From: Lama guanicoe
Lineage: Eukaryota
Assembly (NCBI GenBank): GCA_013239625.1
Contig: MU054212.1
Span: 2,170,001-2,234,000 of the forward strand
Direction: 5' to 3'
DNA length: 64,000 nt
Positions 1-13,000 of this stretch are shown piece after piece. The position numbers were made by a program, and so were the translations under genes. Position 1 is the stretch's first letter. Every line of letters begins with the position of its first letter. The notes beneath the pieces are model-generated. The model saw only the letters and a list, made by a program, of their open reading frames with translations, had not been told where the DNA came from and did no database searches.

Positions 1-2000
1 GTTCCGTCTCATTACTTTTATTCAACATAGTATTGTAAGTCTTAGCCAGAGCACTTAGGCAAGAAAAAGAAATAAAAGACATCCAAATTGAAAAGGAAGA
101 AGTAAAACTGTCACTATTTGCAGATGATGTGTTATTATGCATAGAAAACCCTAAGGGATCGTTTAAAAACCTGTTATAACTAATAAACAAATTCAGCAAA
201 ATTGCAGGATATAAAAATCAATACAGAAAAACAGTGCATTGTTGCACTTTTTAAACAATAATACAAACTATCAGAAAGAGGAATTAAGAAAACAATCCCA
301 TTTACAAATGCATCAAAAAATACTTAGGTATAAATTTAACTAAGGAGGTGAAAGACCTGTATATTAAAAACTACAAGACATTAATGAAGGAAATTGAAGA
401 AGACACAAATAAATGGAAAGATATTCCATGCTCATAGATTTGAAGAATTAATATTGTTAAAATGTCCGTACTACCCAAAGCAATATACAAATTCAGTGCA
501 ATCCCTATCAAAATTCCAACAGTACTTTTCACCAAAATAGAAAAAACAATCCTAAAATTTGTATGCAACTACAAAGGACCCAGACCCAAACAACCAAAGC
601 AAGATGAGAAAGAAGAACAAAGGTGTAAGCATCACACGCTCCAGTTTCGAACTATATTACAAAGCTATAGTAATTAAAACAGTATGGTATTTGCATAAAA
701 CTAGAAACATGGATCAATGGAACAGAACAGAGAGCCCAGGAACAAACCCTCAAATTAATATGGTCAATTAATTTATGACAAAGGGCCAAGAATATACAAG
801 GGGGAAAAGACAATCTTTTCAAAATATGATGTTGGGAAAATTGGACAGCCACATACAAAAGAATGAAAATGGACCACTGTTTTATACTATACACAAAAAT
901 AACTCAAAATGGATTAAACCATTGGACATAAGACCTGAAATGATAAGATTCCTAGAAGAAAACATGGTGGTAAGCTCCACAGCATATGTCTTGGTGACAA
1001 TGTTTTGAATCTATCACCAAACACAAAAGCAACAAGAGCAAAAATAAACAAGCAAGACTACATTAAACTAAAAAGCTTCTGCACTACAAAGAAAATCATC
1101 AATAAAATGGAAAGGCAACCTATGCAATGGGAGAAAATAATTGTAAATCATATATCTAATAAGGGGCTAATATCAAAAATATATAAACAACTCATACAAT
1201 AAGAAAAAAACTGTTTTAAAAATGGGCATAAAATATGAATAAACATTTTTTCCAAAGAAGACATACAAATGGACAACAGGTAATGAAAAGATGCTCAACA
1301 TCATTAATTATAAGGGAAATACAAATCAATACCACAATGAGATATCACCTCACACCTATTAGAATGGTTATTATAAAAAGACAAGAAACGACAAATGTTG
1401 TCAAGGATGGAGAAAAGTGAACCCTTGTGCACTATTGGTGGGACTGTAAATTAGTGCAACAATTGTGGAAAACATAAGGAGGTTTTTTTCCAAAAAATTA
1501 AAAATAGAACTACCATAAAATTCCTCTTTTGGGTGTTTATCCAAGCAAAACAAAAATACTAATCTGAAAAGATACTTTCACCTTCATGTTCACTGCAGTA
1601 TTATTTACAATAGCCCAGGTATGGAAACAAGCTAAGTGTCCATTAATGACAATGGATAAAGAAATTGTAGTATTTCTATATTACCTCTATCTATCAATCT
1701 ATCTACCTACCTACCTACCTACTTATCTATATATTGCAATACCATTCAACCATAAAAAAGAATGAAATCTTGCCATTTGCAATAATATAGATGGAACTTG
1801 AAGGCACTATGCTAAATGAAATAAGTCAGACATAAAAAGAAAAAATACCACATGATCTAGCTTATATGTGGAATCGAAATAAAGCCAAACCAAAACCCAA
1901 GCTCATAGTTACAGAGAACACACTGGTAGTTGTAAAGGGGGTCAGAAGTGAGAGAAATGGATGAACTTTTTCTAATTTAAATAAACTGAATTTTTAAAAA
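1..2000 (+). mobile_element. LINE-1, ORF2 reverse-transcriptase/C-terminal region plus 3'UTR (degenerate, truncated by window edge)
   Basis: ctatttgcagatgat (LFADD, RT active-site motif) at ~114-128. ORF fragments 462-677 ([16 protein letters not shown]), 559-771 ([13 protein letters not shown]...DQWNRTE), 1005-1202 (IKLKSFCT) and 1235-1420 (IREIQINTTMRYHLTP) match L1 ORF2. Multiple stops and frameshifts; AATAAA and A-rich end near 1980-2000. Confidence 0.95.
1687..1733. repeat. (CTAT)n/(CTAC)n compound microsatellite inside L1
   Basis: Directly visible tetranucleotide repeats. Confidence 0.9.
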
Positions 2001-2407
2001 GGAAAATGGCTACCACAAATAAAAGGCAGCGTTTGTTAGGGGGAAAAATGAGGACAAAAAAAAGAGTAAGTATTACCTACTGACTTTTTTGTAAATGCCA
2101 TAGAAAATTATGAAAGTATTTTCAAATACTGGAACCTAAGTCTGAAAAAGCCAGTATAAGGTTTGGAGGACACAATATCTAATTCAAAAATTTTGTAAAT
2201 GGCTAATATAGATTCTAAACTCTATCATCAAAGAATTATGAAACCCCAAAGTATAAGACATGTTTGTACCACCATCAATGAATATGTGGGCTTAGGCTGG
2301 ACAGGTTAGTGACTGTACTAAAAACATGGGAGCGGACCTTCCACTAAAGAAACAGATATACCCAGCCAGATTTGATTGCCCAAGTGGTGCTTGTCTCATA
2401 GGTTTTT

Positions 2408-3220
2408 TCCTTTTTAATTTTTTAAAATTGAAGTATAGTCAATTACAATGTGTCAATTTCTGGTGTACAGCATAATGTCCCAGTCATGCATATATGTATG
2501 TGTGTGTGTGTGTATATATATATATAATATATATATATATTCATTTTCATATTCTTTTTCATTAAAGCTTATTACAAGATATTGAATATAGTTCCCTGTG
2601 CTATACAGAAGAAATTTGGTTTTTATCTATTTTTTAAATATAGCGGTTAACATTTGCAAATCTCAAACTCCCAAATTTATCTCTTCCCACCCTCTTTCCT
2701 CCAGTAACCATAAGATTGTTTATTATGTCTGCAAGTCTGTTTCTGTTTTGTAGATGAGTTCATTAGTGTCCTCTTTTTCCTTTTCTTTTTTTTTTTTAAG
2801 ATTCCACACATGAGTGATGTCATATGGTATTTTTCTTTCTCTTTCTAGCTTACTTCTCCTAGAATGATGATCTCTAGGTCCATCCATGTTGCTGCAAATG
2901 GTATAATTTTATTCCTTTTCATGGCTGAGTAGCATTCCATTGTATAAATATACCACAACTTCTTATCCAGTCATTTAGGTTGCTTCCATGTCTTGGCTAT
3001 TGTATATAGTGCTGCTATGAACACTGGGGTGCATGTATCTTTTCAAATTAGAGTTTCCTCCAGATACAAGCCCAGGAGTGGGCTTGCTGTATTGTATGTT
3101 AAGTCTATTGTTAGCTTTTTGAGGAACCTCCATTCTATTTTCCATAATGGCTGCACCAAGCTGCATTCCCACCAGCAGTGTAGGAGGGTTCCCTTTTCTC
3201 CACACCCATTCCAGCATCTA
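2408..3220 (-). mobile_element. 5'-truncated young lineage-specific (camelid-type) LINE-1 3' end
   Basis: T-rich tail on the left, then ttgaagtatagtcaattacaatgtgtcaatttctggtgtacag. Minus ORF 3043-3258 ([22 protein letters not shown]) is the L1 ORF2 cysteine-rich C-terminus. Similar to 53383-54776. Confidence 0.95.
2491..2540. repeat. (TG)n(TA)n microsatellite within L1 3'UTR
   Basis: Directly visible. Confidence 0.9.
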
Positions 3221-3469
3221 TCAAGGTTTCTTTTTAGAAAGGAGGTCCTAAACCACATCTACATGTCTAGCTTGTCTTCAGAACTGAAAATTCATTTTGG
3301 CCAAAATTCTGTCTGCAAAAGTATGACTCAGATGAATTAAAGTTCAGAGTTTCTTGAATTGAATGGGCTGTGATTGTGCAAATTTAATTTTAGATAATGT
3401 ACCACATTTAGACATTTGCTTCCAGGCTTCTATTACCCAGAGGGAGAACTGCTAAATCAGGAGAAACCT

Positions 3470-3640
3470 ACAGCATTGTGCAGTGGAATAGCACTGCACT
3501 GAGAAGGCAGAAACCTGGAAAGCAGCCCCTGTTCTGCCATAATTAACTCTACGACCTTGGGCAATCCGCATGGCCTCGCTGGGCTGCATGTAAAAAATGA
3601 GCGGGTTACAGTAGATGATCTCCAAGGTCTCTCCAGCTCT
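3470..3640 (+). mobile_element. MIR/MIR3 SINE relic
   Basis: gcagtggaatagcactg...ctgccat..aactct.cgaccttgggcaa...gtaaaa.atgag...tagatgatctccaaggtc resembles the MIR core and MIR3-type tail. Confidence 0.7.
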
Positions 3641-3916
3641 CAGTCGCTCAGCCTCTCATATGGAACAGCATCAAATTACTCTAGCAAATGGTTCCTAGAC
3701 CACGTGAGCAATTTCAGGTGAGCAGCACTTGATTGACAAGTGTCAAAGCCTTCTCAAGAAATTGATTTTTCTTCTTCTTCCTTTATTTATTTATTTATTA
3801 TCTGGTGGTAGTGGGAGGGGCTGGCAGTGTATCCTGTTGAATTTATAGAAGAGCTAGGGAAATTCACCACTACAAAAGGCAGATTGGGAGGCTGGGAAAA
3901 CCAGGTAGGTGGGAGA

Positions 3917-4075
3917 AGCTAACATTTACCAGATGCCCACTGTGAACTAGTCATTGTATTCAGTGCTTTTCAGCAAGAAACCATGTAAACCTCCAAAAGC
4001 CACAGGAGATGAATATATTATTGCCATATGCAAAATCCAGCCAGGATTCTAACCTGGGATCCTTGGGCTCAGAGG
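3917..4075 (-). mobile_element. MIR SINE relic
   Basis: agctaacattta...cactgtg...gtgcttt...caggattctaacctggg is the typical reverse-strand MIR pattern. Confidence 0.5.
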
Positions 4076-5699
4076 CTTTTGCTGGGACCATAGCTATCAG
4101 CATCACAAAGCAGCCCCACAGAGCTCCTGAGAGAAAGCTTGAGAAGTCAAGTGCGCCATCTGGGCAAAGAGGAGGCAGTGAACACAAGCATCTTCTGCAA
4201 AGATGAACAGGATATTATGGGTGCTTTGACTACTTTAAGGAATGACTTTCTTGAGCTCATGTCCAGTTTCTAAACTAATAGATTCATTACAGTGACCTGG
4301 GAAACATTTCTTAGCCTCACACTGCAACTTAAATTTTCCTCATAGCTCATAACCTATTACAGAAAGTCAACAAATTAGGAAGCTGTGAATGACACTTACA
4401 ACAACAGTGTTCTGACCTCTAGTAAGAAGTTTTGGGTAATTTGTTTAAATATTAATATACTTCAAGTATTATTAGAAAGTTATTTCGTGTTCAAGTTCAA
4501 AAAATAATAAATACACTTTTGTTTTGACCTAGAAATTCATTTATTACAAAACCATATCTTTTCATAATTTAAAATGAAAAAGATATTCATATTATATTTG
4601 TATTTTTCTATGTTTATAATTTATAACCAACATCTTTCTAAGAAAAGGATTAAGGCAGGTTACAAAGCTACTGAGTCTGCAGGTGGGAGTAAAATAATTA
4701 TAAGTGTGAGGAGAGGAGGAATGTGAGAGCAAGGTATTAGAGATATAAGCACTGAATCAGTAGGAAGTGACAGTGGCTGCACCAGGGATGACTCTCAGTT
4801 GAGGTCAACAGAAGAGAGCCTTTTTGCTCGAGGGAAAGCAGTACCAAAAAGTGAGTGAGAAAAAAGAAGAGTGACAACTTACTGTGGACATAAAAAACAT
4901 ATAAGTACTCTACAATGTGTTCAACTGGATACTTTTATAAAAATTCAAGTCAGTTTAATCCAGCAGATGTATTTGAGCTCCTAACATGAGCATGCTTATA
5001 AAAAAATTTAAAAATTGAGTAAGAAGAGATTTCCATCCTCAAGAAATTTACACACTAGCCATGGGCATAAGAGGAAGAAGGCAAATAAAAACAGACCTTG
5101 ATATTCATGGAACCAATGACGGAAAGGGATATTGAAGCATAAAATGCAGTTGTGAATAAACTCATTGATTTTTTTATTCAATAAGTTACATAATCTACAA
5201 CAGGTATCATCCAGGTTTTTCTGCTAAGGCCAGAGAGTAACTGAGTGTTTTAGGACCAAGAGTCAAAATGGAAGATGTTGGGTAGGTATTTATATATTAA
5301 GAAAAAACCTCTTAACCTTATCTCACCCCAAAGTGTGTACTCTGTAACCCAGTTTCTATCACCTGCAGCCATTCTAGGGATGAAGAGCAGTGGTCTCTGT
5401 AAGCAATTCTCTTCTTTCCAAGAGCCTAACCACCTCAGCTGCTGATCTGAATGAAGCAAAACAACTGACCAAGTTGCTGACTCCAGAACCGTGGGTCCAA
5501 GACTCGGGGCCTGGTAGCTGACGACAGCAGAGTCTGAGCAGGAGCAGGAGCACTGGGAGCAGAGGGGAAGTGTGGAGGGGGTGCTCTGACTTCACCTCCT
5601 GGGCTTGCTGTGCTAACAGGGCCATACAAAAACACAACAATCCGATCTGAAAGTAAGAATATGCCTTCCTCACGTCATTAACGTGACAAAAAATCTGCC

Positions 5700-8600
5700 A
5701 TATTGGGAAAATTGGACAGCCATACGGAAAAAGCCAAACTTAGAATTCCTCACAGCATAAGCCAGGATAAATTTCAAATGGAACCCAAGATTTAAATGTA
5801 AGTAACCAAATTACAAAACACTAGAAGATACACAGATAGATGCAGACATAGATGGGGGAGAGAGACAGGAATGTACTCCACTGTTTAACACTGTATTGTG
5901 TTGGAGGTACTGGCCAATGCAATTAGACAAGAGAAAGTAATAAGGAACATAGGAATTGAAAAGAAGGAGGGAAAATTATCTTTAGCTGCAAATAACAAGA
6001 TTATATATTATAATAAAAATGGAAAAGAATCAACGAAACATCACTACAAACAATAAGAGGACTTAGGTTATAAAATTATAGCCTTAGCAGAGTGGAGAAT
6101 TAACATCAAAATAGCCTTTTCACATACAGACAAAAAGTACATAGTGCAAGAGAAGACTTGATTTACAATGGTAAAAATGAAAATAAAATACCTAGGTGTA
6201 AAATTAGCAAGATATGTCCAAAACCAAACCTATCTTATAAAAATCATATGACATTCCTATAAGAAACTAAATAAATTTGAGCAAGTGAAAGGAAACATCA
6301 TGTATTTAAATAAGAAGACTCAACATCATAAAGTTGTCGGTTATTTCTAATAAATAGTTTAAAATATTAACAACAAGAACATCATCAGGTTTTTTTTTCC
6401 TGGACATAGACAAGCTACATATAAGTCCATGTGGAAGAACAAACAAGCAAGAATAATCAGGAATGCCATGAAAAAGAAGAGTAATGAGGATGGGGCTAGG
6501 CATATCAAATATTAAAATATACAATAAGACCTCCATAACTAAAACATTTTGATATTGGCAATGGCAATGAGACAGGATGGAAAATCTGGAAACAAATTCT
6601 CCTGCATATGAAATGTATAGTAAGTAAATACATTAAGTACATATAATATCATACAAAAACGGTAACATTCCAAATCACAGGGGAAAGGATGAACTATTTA
6701 AGAAGCAATAATGGGATAATTGGATAGCCATATGGAAAATGATGAAATTAGATCCATTCCTCACAGCATATGCCAGAATACATTCAAAATGAATAGAGAT
6801 TTAAATGCCAAGTAATCAAATCACAGAGCACAAAAGAAAACACAAGTGAACTCCTCTACAATTTGGGAGCAAGGAAAACTTTCCTAAGACTCAATCCAGA
6901 ATCAATAAGGCAAAACAGGGTACATTTTGTTATATAAACTAAAAGAAAATATTTGCACACAGACACATACACAACAGTTGAGGGAAAAAGACAATTGACA
7001 TCAGGAAAAATAACTTGCACTTATGTACAGATAAAATGCTATTATTTCTAGCAATATCTCTAACATACAAGAATACAAAGAGACAGAAAGAAAGAACACA
7101 AACTTCCAAGTGGCTAAAGATATGAACAAACATTACATAGAAAAACAAATGCAAGTGGCTCTAAAACATAGGAAAATATACTCAGTTTTACTAATGCTAA
7201 AAAAATGCAAAATAAAACTATATTAAGATGCTGTCTCTCCAGTATCAGATGGGATAAAATCCAAGTTAGACAACCAACTCTATCTGCAAGGCTATGGTGA
7301 AACAAGCATGCTCAAATATTGCTGGAAGGAATAAAAAATGGTACAACCCCAGTGAAGGGGAATTTGGAAATACCTAGCAAAATTATATATGCATTTACCC
7401 TTCAGCTCATGAATCCTACATCCAGAAATCTATCTTAAAGATACATTGGCACAAACATTAAAATATAGTTACAAAGTTAGGAATTGCAATATTATTAGTA
7501 AGAACAAAAACTGAAAGCAACTCAAATGCAGTTAATAGGGGACTGGTTGAGAGAACTGTGGGACAGCTGCACAATGAAGTGTTATTACACAGCGGTATAA
7601 AGGAATGGAAATATATCCACATCCAATTACAGAGTTACCTCCATGATGTAGCGTTAAGTGAAAAATACAAGATAAAGAGAAGTAAGTATAGTTTACCATC
7701 TTTTCTCAAAGAAAAGAAGATGCAGATACATATCATTATGCATGTATTTCCTCTTTAAAACAAATAATATCAACATAAACCATAAAATAAACTAGTTACC
7801 TAAAGAGAGGGAGTGAATGGCATGAAAGGGTTAGGGATAGTAGCTAGAGTTCTTTGAATATGTCTTGAAGACTTGATTTCACCAATCATGTAAATATTTT
7901 ATGCAACAAAGTTAAATTTTAAAAAATCCTTAAAAATAAAAGAAAAATGAGATAAACGAACCTAATACATATCCAGTTGGTGGTATAAGCATATAGAGAA
8001 GTATCCAGGTGATGTTAAAAATATATTTTATTGTACATCTTTATTGGGATATACTCTAAAGACAAAGAACTGACCCCCTCACCCCCCCCAAAAAGCAGAA
8101 AAAAACAATATTGGTGGTAACGCTCATTTTGGAATTCTGAGATGGTTGGGATTCAGCAAGTAACCAACTAGGTTGATGTCACTGACAATTGTGATTTTCA
8201 GTGAAAACTGGGAAATAGAGGGAAAGACTCAAGATGAATCCTGCCTCTAGCATGTGAGTTATGCCTCAGCATAACCAAGGAGTTGACGGAAGAAGTTTCT
8301 CTATTTAGAATCCTACAGAAGTCTTCTATCAACCAAATGGGGAAGGAACAATACAGTAGAAGAGCACCATTTTGCAACCCCTCATGAATTAGAAGAATCA
8401 GACCCTAACGGACCTAGGTGAATGATGTTGTTTGGTGGCTGCTAACATCACAGAGAGAGACACCCAGGTACTGCCCCCTGCCCCCAGCAGCGGTACAGCA
8501 CACCACCCACCGAGTAGCATTACCATAGAAGTCATACTTGGGTCTGATCATGCCTCAGATCTAACGATCGATTTATAGGAAATACATGTGAAATGACACT

Positions 8601-9130
8601 AGCAAAATCCAGACAGTGGGAAATCCTATAGGCAAAACATAATTTCTTCTCCAATAACAACACACTGTTAAGAAGAAAAAGGGAAAAGTGGAATACGAAA
8701 CTATCAATTAAAAGAAACCAATCAAACTAGGGCAATGTGTGGGACTTATTTGGATCCCATTTCAAAGAAGCAAAAATTTTTAAAAATGTTTACAAAATAC
8801 TTGGATAAATGTGATCACTGACTGGAAATCAGATAACATTAAAAGATTATTGTCAATTTTTACAAGTGTGATTATGGTTTTGTAGGGGTTTTTTTATGGT
8901 CTGTTTTTTTCAGAGGTACATACTGAAATATTTTCAGATGAAATAATGGGGTGTCTGAAATTTGCTTCAAAATAACCTGGGAGGGCAAGAGCAGTGATGG
9001 GATATAGATAAAACATGATCAGGCAGGGCTGATAAACGTGGAAGGGTAAATACATGGGAGGTTCCTTATATTAGTATTCTCCTTATTTGTGTATTTTGAT
9101 ATTTTCTATACTAAAAAAAATCATTTAAAA
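5700..9130 (+). mobile_element. Old L1M-class LINE-1 (ORF2 remnants plus long 3'UTR; L1MC/L1MD-like)
   Basis: A-rich strand with decayed ORF2 motifs (ctgtttaacactgtattg..ggaggtactggccaatgcaattagacaagagaaa; ttatctttagctgcaaata). 3'UTR motifs include gaggtacatactgaaatatttt.agatgaaataatgg..tgtctg.aatttgcttcaaaataa. Ends in an A-run near 9115. Confidence 0.85.
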
Positions 9131-9194
9131 ATATATTTCTCCCTGAAGCTCAATAAAGCTACTTCATTTTGGATTTTTAAAATGTGACCTGCAA

Positions 9195-9350
9195 ATTCTA
9201 ATATATGTATTTATATATATATAATGTATATTATATAGAATATAGATATATATGTATACTGTTTTAGATATTATATATGTATACTGTTTACACTTATACA
9301 TATACATATATACACATATAAATACATATATGTATACACGTACATACACA
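9195..9350. repeat. Degenerate (TA)n/(TACA)n low-complexity tract
   Basis: Directly visible. Confidence 0.85.
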
Positions 9351-9854
9351 TTACATAGTAGTGCATTCAGATAAGCGTCTTCCTTAGGGACATGCTGCCT
9401 GGGTATTATTAGCGCTGAGGACTCAGGACCTCACACTATTGTCCTCTCCAGCCCTTGGAATCTGCGGTCAGTGTGGAAAGAAGCTATGAAACAAACGGGA
9501 AGGGCTTCAGCAGGTGGTCTAACCCCTGTGCTCAGCCTCTGCTTGTGACTTGTTCAACAGCTAGTCCAGTGGGGTAATTGGCTGAAATCAACTATCCATT
9601 AATCTGGTAAAGTATAAAAACTTACTCAGATTGGTAGTTTGGTAGAATTTGTTAACCACAGTATAAAAAGATACTTAAGTCGCCACATGGGCATTTAGAA
9701 ATGTTTCCAGATTACTGAGACAGTTCTCTGATGCAATTTTTTTTAACACAAATGTTGCTACTGTCAGTAATTTAAATCATTAGTTTCTAAAAAGAAGGGG
9801 GGGGGAGCACTACATCTTAAACTGTTGCATTTATGGAAAGCTGATGACCAATGG

Positions 9855-10057
9855 CAGTTGACCCTTGGACGGCCAGGAGGCTGGGGGCACCAGCCCTCCT
9901 GGCCGTCTGCACATAACCTTCCAGTCAGCCCTCTGCATCCAAGGTGCGGCCACGGCAAATTCAAGCACCTGCAGATCATGTAGGATGCACTTATTGAGAA
10001 GAATTTGCATGTAAGTGGACCCTCACAGTTCAAACCATGTTGTTCAAGGGTCACGTG
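9855..10057. mobile_element. Tigger2-type (TcMar) MITE
   Basis: Terminal inverted repeats cagttgacccttg... (9855) and ...tgttgttcaagggtcacgtg (10057). Internal aagtggaccc.cacagttcaaacc matches the recalled Tigger2 terminus; about 200 bp long. Confidence 0.85.
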
Positions 10058-13000
10058 TGCTCGATTTTAGTGGACTTTTACATTTAACGTTGCACTTATT
10101 CCTGTACCCAAGGTCTCTTATTCACCACAGCTCTTCGTGCAGACTTCACTACAAACACGGCATATCTGTCACTGGGAAAAGTTAACAGGGAATGCTTTCT
10201 TCCTCATTTGCCACTATTAATATCGCCTTCAAAATTGTTGGACCGAACAGGAACCCCACCAAAGTGAAAAGTGTTCCTATGCCAATGCTATTATCAGCAT
10301 TAGATACGTTATTGACTGTGATTCAGAGGCACACTAAATTAGAAAGCTGTGAAGGAAGAAATTTATTAAATAACTAAAAATAAGACTTGCTCTTTTAGAG
10401 AGTGTATTTCAAAGAATGGTGAGGTCTCTTTGTTCTTCAAAGCTCTATTAGTAACTGCAGCACAGATTATAGGATGAAATAAATAATTCTCCATTTTACC
10501 CAGAAGCTCTTGCAAGGGCAAACACAGAGTTTTAGACATTCAGGTGTGTTCATGTACTGTTAAGTGGATGGCACACACATGCATGTCCTCTGGTCCTACC
10601 TATGGTCCATTGGGCCCAGTGTTCTGTCTCTGGTGTGTGAAGGAGCAGGAACGTCCTCAGGGATGCCCCGAATCTGGTGGGTCCTCATAGCTAGAGCTGC
10701 CCTTTATGCCAATGTTCTTAGAGAAACATCAACTGTGATTCATTAAACCTCTGTTCTGAGTTGCAAGCAAAACCTAGATGGTGTATCGTTGTAAGTTTGC
10801 AGATAAGTCAAGCCACCACAGAAACTGTGAAAGCTTAACCAAGTAGAAAAAAGGAGCTCCGTAATCTTTGATTTTTTTTAAAGTTAATTAAGGGCTTGGG
10901 CAATGTATCAAATTCAAAGTGGGGAGAACCGATGCCATCTAATCATGGAGCCCCGCACAGCAGCCAGGCAACACACTCCCCAAATGCCTCCGATTTAGAC
11001 TGGAGGGACCACCAGGAAGGGGAAACATTTCTGCCTTCACGCCCATTCGGTTCTTGGCCTTGTTTCTGGACCTTCCAACAAGCATATCAATTAGTAGCTC
11101 CAATTGTGAGGGTGGTTTTTTGTGTATTTGTTTTTTGTTTTTGTAATTCAAACACCTGTCCACTAGAAACTGGACGGAGGCCACTGAACAGTTGTCAGAT
11201 GGTAACTGTAATGTTTATAGATCCAATCCATAGATCTGCCTTGATGTTGCATAAAGTGCCAAAAAGTTATATAGCCAGACATCTGGCAACTGGAAGAGGG
11301 TCTGTCTTTTTAGCACTAGCCCTCAAAGTTCTATTTGTGCACGCTAGGCTGATCCCGGGAAAGCAAGAGTTATTTTTAAATGATCTCCCTCATTTCTGTC
11401 CACGAAGTTGTAGCAGCAACTTCTGGTTCCTTACTCGCTGCCAGAACTACAGTCAAACCAAGATAATAAAGGAGAGCGTCCAGACCTCGGGTGTCCCATA
11501 ATCTGTTTCTGGTAAGCTCTATGATTCAGTCTGGCCAAAATACAATCAAACAGGCACTCATTCTAGTCCTCCCCAGTGCCTCGGTCATTTCCAGAAAGTA
11601 ATCTGAGTATTTGGAGAAGCATTCAAATTCATTTAAACTTTAGGGGACCAAACAGACCTTTACAGGAAATGTACCATGAAGAGTCCTGACAGGCCCACAG
11701 AAGTTGACCTATATTGCTACCTTCTATATTTTTATTAGGAAGGGCCTGAGACAAAGGATAGAGTAGGCACATCCTGGACATGTGTTTTCAATGATAATCG
11801 ACAGCATGGAATATGGCAGAGGGACGGTGGGGCCATACGAAGTGGAACCTATGTTAATTATGGATGGAATTCTATAGCTTTCCACAAAAGGCATCTCTAG
11901 TTTTTCCCTTTAAATTCATCCATTTGAGCAAGCATTTACAGTCTGTGTGCTACATTTGCACGTGTTCCTGAAAACGTGTACTCATTTGTATGGGTGAATA
12001 TGAAACAATAGATATATTTTACAAGGAGAAATCTGTTGTTTGAAAGTTTAGGGGGGAAAAAATCCCTAATTAGACCTCACCTCGGCTGGGTTTCTAGAGT
12101 CTTACACACAGTCTTTAATTTTATGATTTTTCTTCACAACAGAGAACATCGGGAAGCAATTCCTACCATGACTGGAGATCACTGCTACATAAACCTGATT
12201 TTTGCCTTCATGTTTCTCCTCAGTTTCTTATGCACCCATCCTTTTCCCCACTCCACCTCCCTGGGAAGAATTTAAGGTATCCACAGGCCACTGACAGCCC
12301 TGCTAGGGGCACTAAGGGTTAACAGTGTTTTTATTACAGACGAGGACAGGAAGGATCTGGAGAGAATCCCCTCAGGTAACGTGCAAGAGGAGAGGCCTGA
12401 TGTTTTGGCTATTTGCCATTAAAGCTCATTAAAACGACTCCATGGCTATGTAATTCTAATGAATAATGAATGCTAAAACGTTATGGGCTTCAGAATCTGA
12501 ATAGTGACGGGGCCAGTGGCATGGGGACCAGTCTCTGTGGCTATCTGTCCACCACTGTTCTTGGCTCTCTTCAGCTCCTTGTCCGCAACAGCAAGGTTTC
12601 ACTCTGCCATGTGATCATTCATGGTACTCTCTCAAAAGTGCTTTCACGTGTTTCTAAAATTTCTACATGAGGGACAAGTCCAGTAGTATAGGCTCACTGG
12701 ACGAATATGGTACTCTGGTTTCCAAAGTGACCTCAGTAATATAAGTAGATCTTACATGCAAGCCTTTTGGTATCAACCAAGAGATACCTCAGGGAGTCAG
12801 CGTTTGTATAAGCAGAATAAAAATTGAAGTGAATTCTGGGTCTGCCAATGACATTAATAAGAGTCTTCGTTTTCCTATCTCCAAATCAGTGTATGTCTCC
12901 AAAGTCAGTAATTACCACAGCTGCTGAAGTGTTTCTTCTGAACGCCTGTAACTCAGAGATGCACTGGCACGTGTACCTCAGCTTCTACAGCTTCACCTTT

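Noticed and set aside
371..1420. ORFs with convincing protein-like motifs
   Set aside because: Fragments of a dead L1 ORF2 with stops and frameshifts; not a host gene.
12298..12315. ccctgctaggggcacta as a CTCF site
   Set aside because: No register fits the core without mismatches at the near-invariant AG or GGC positions.
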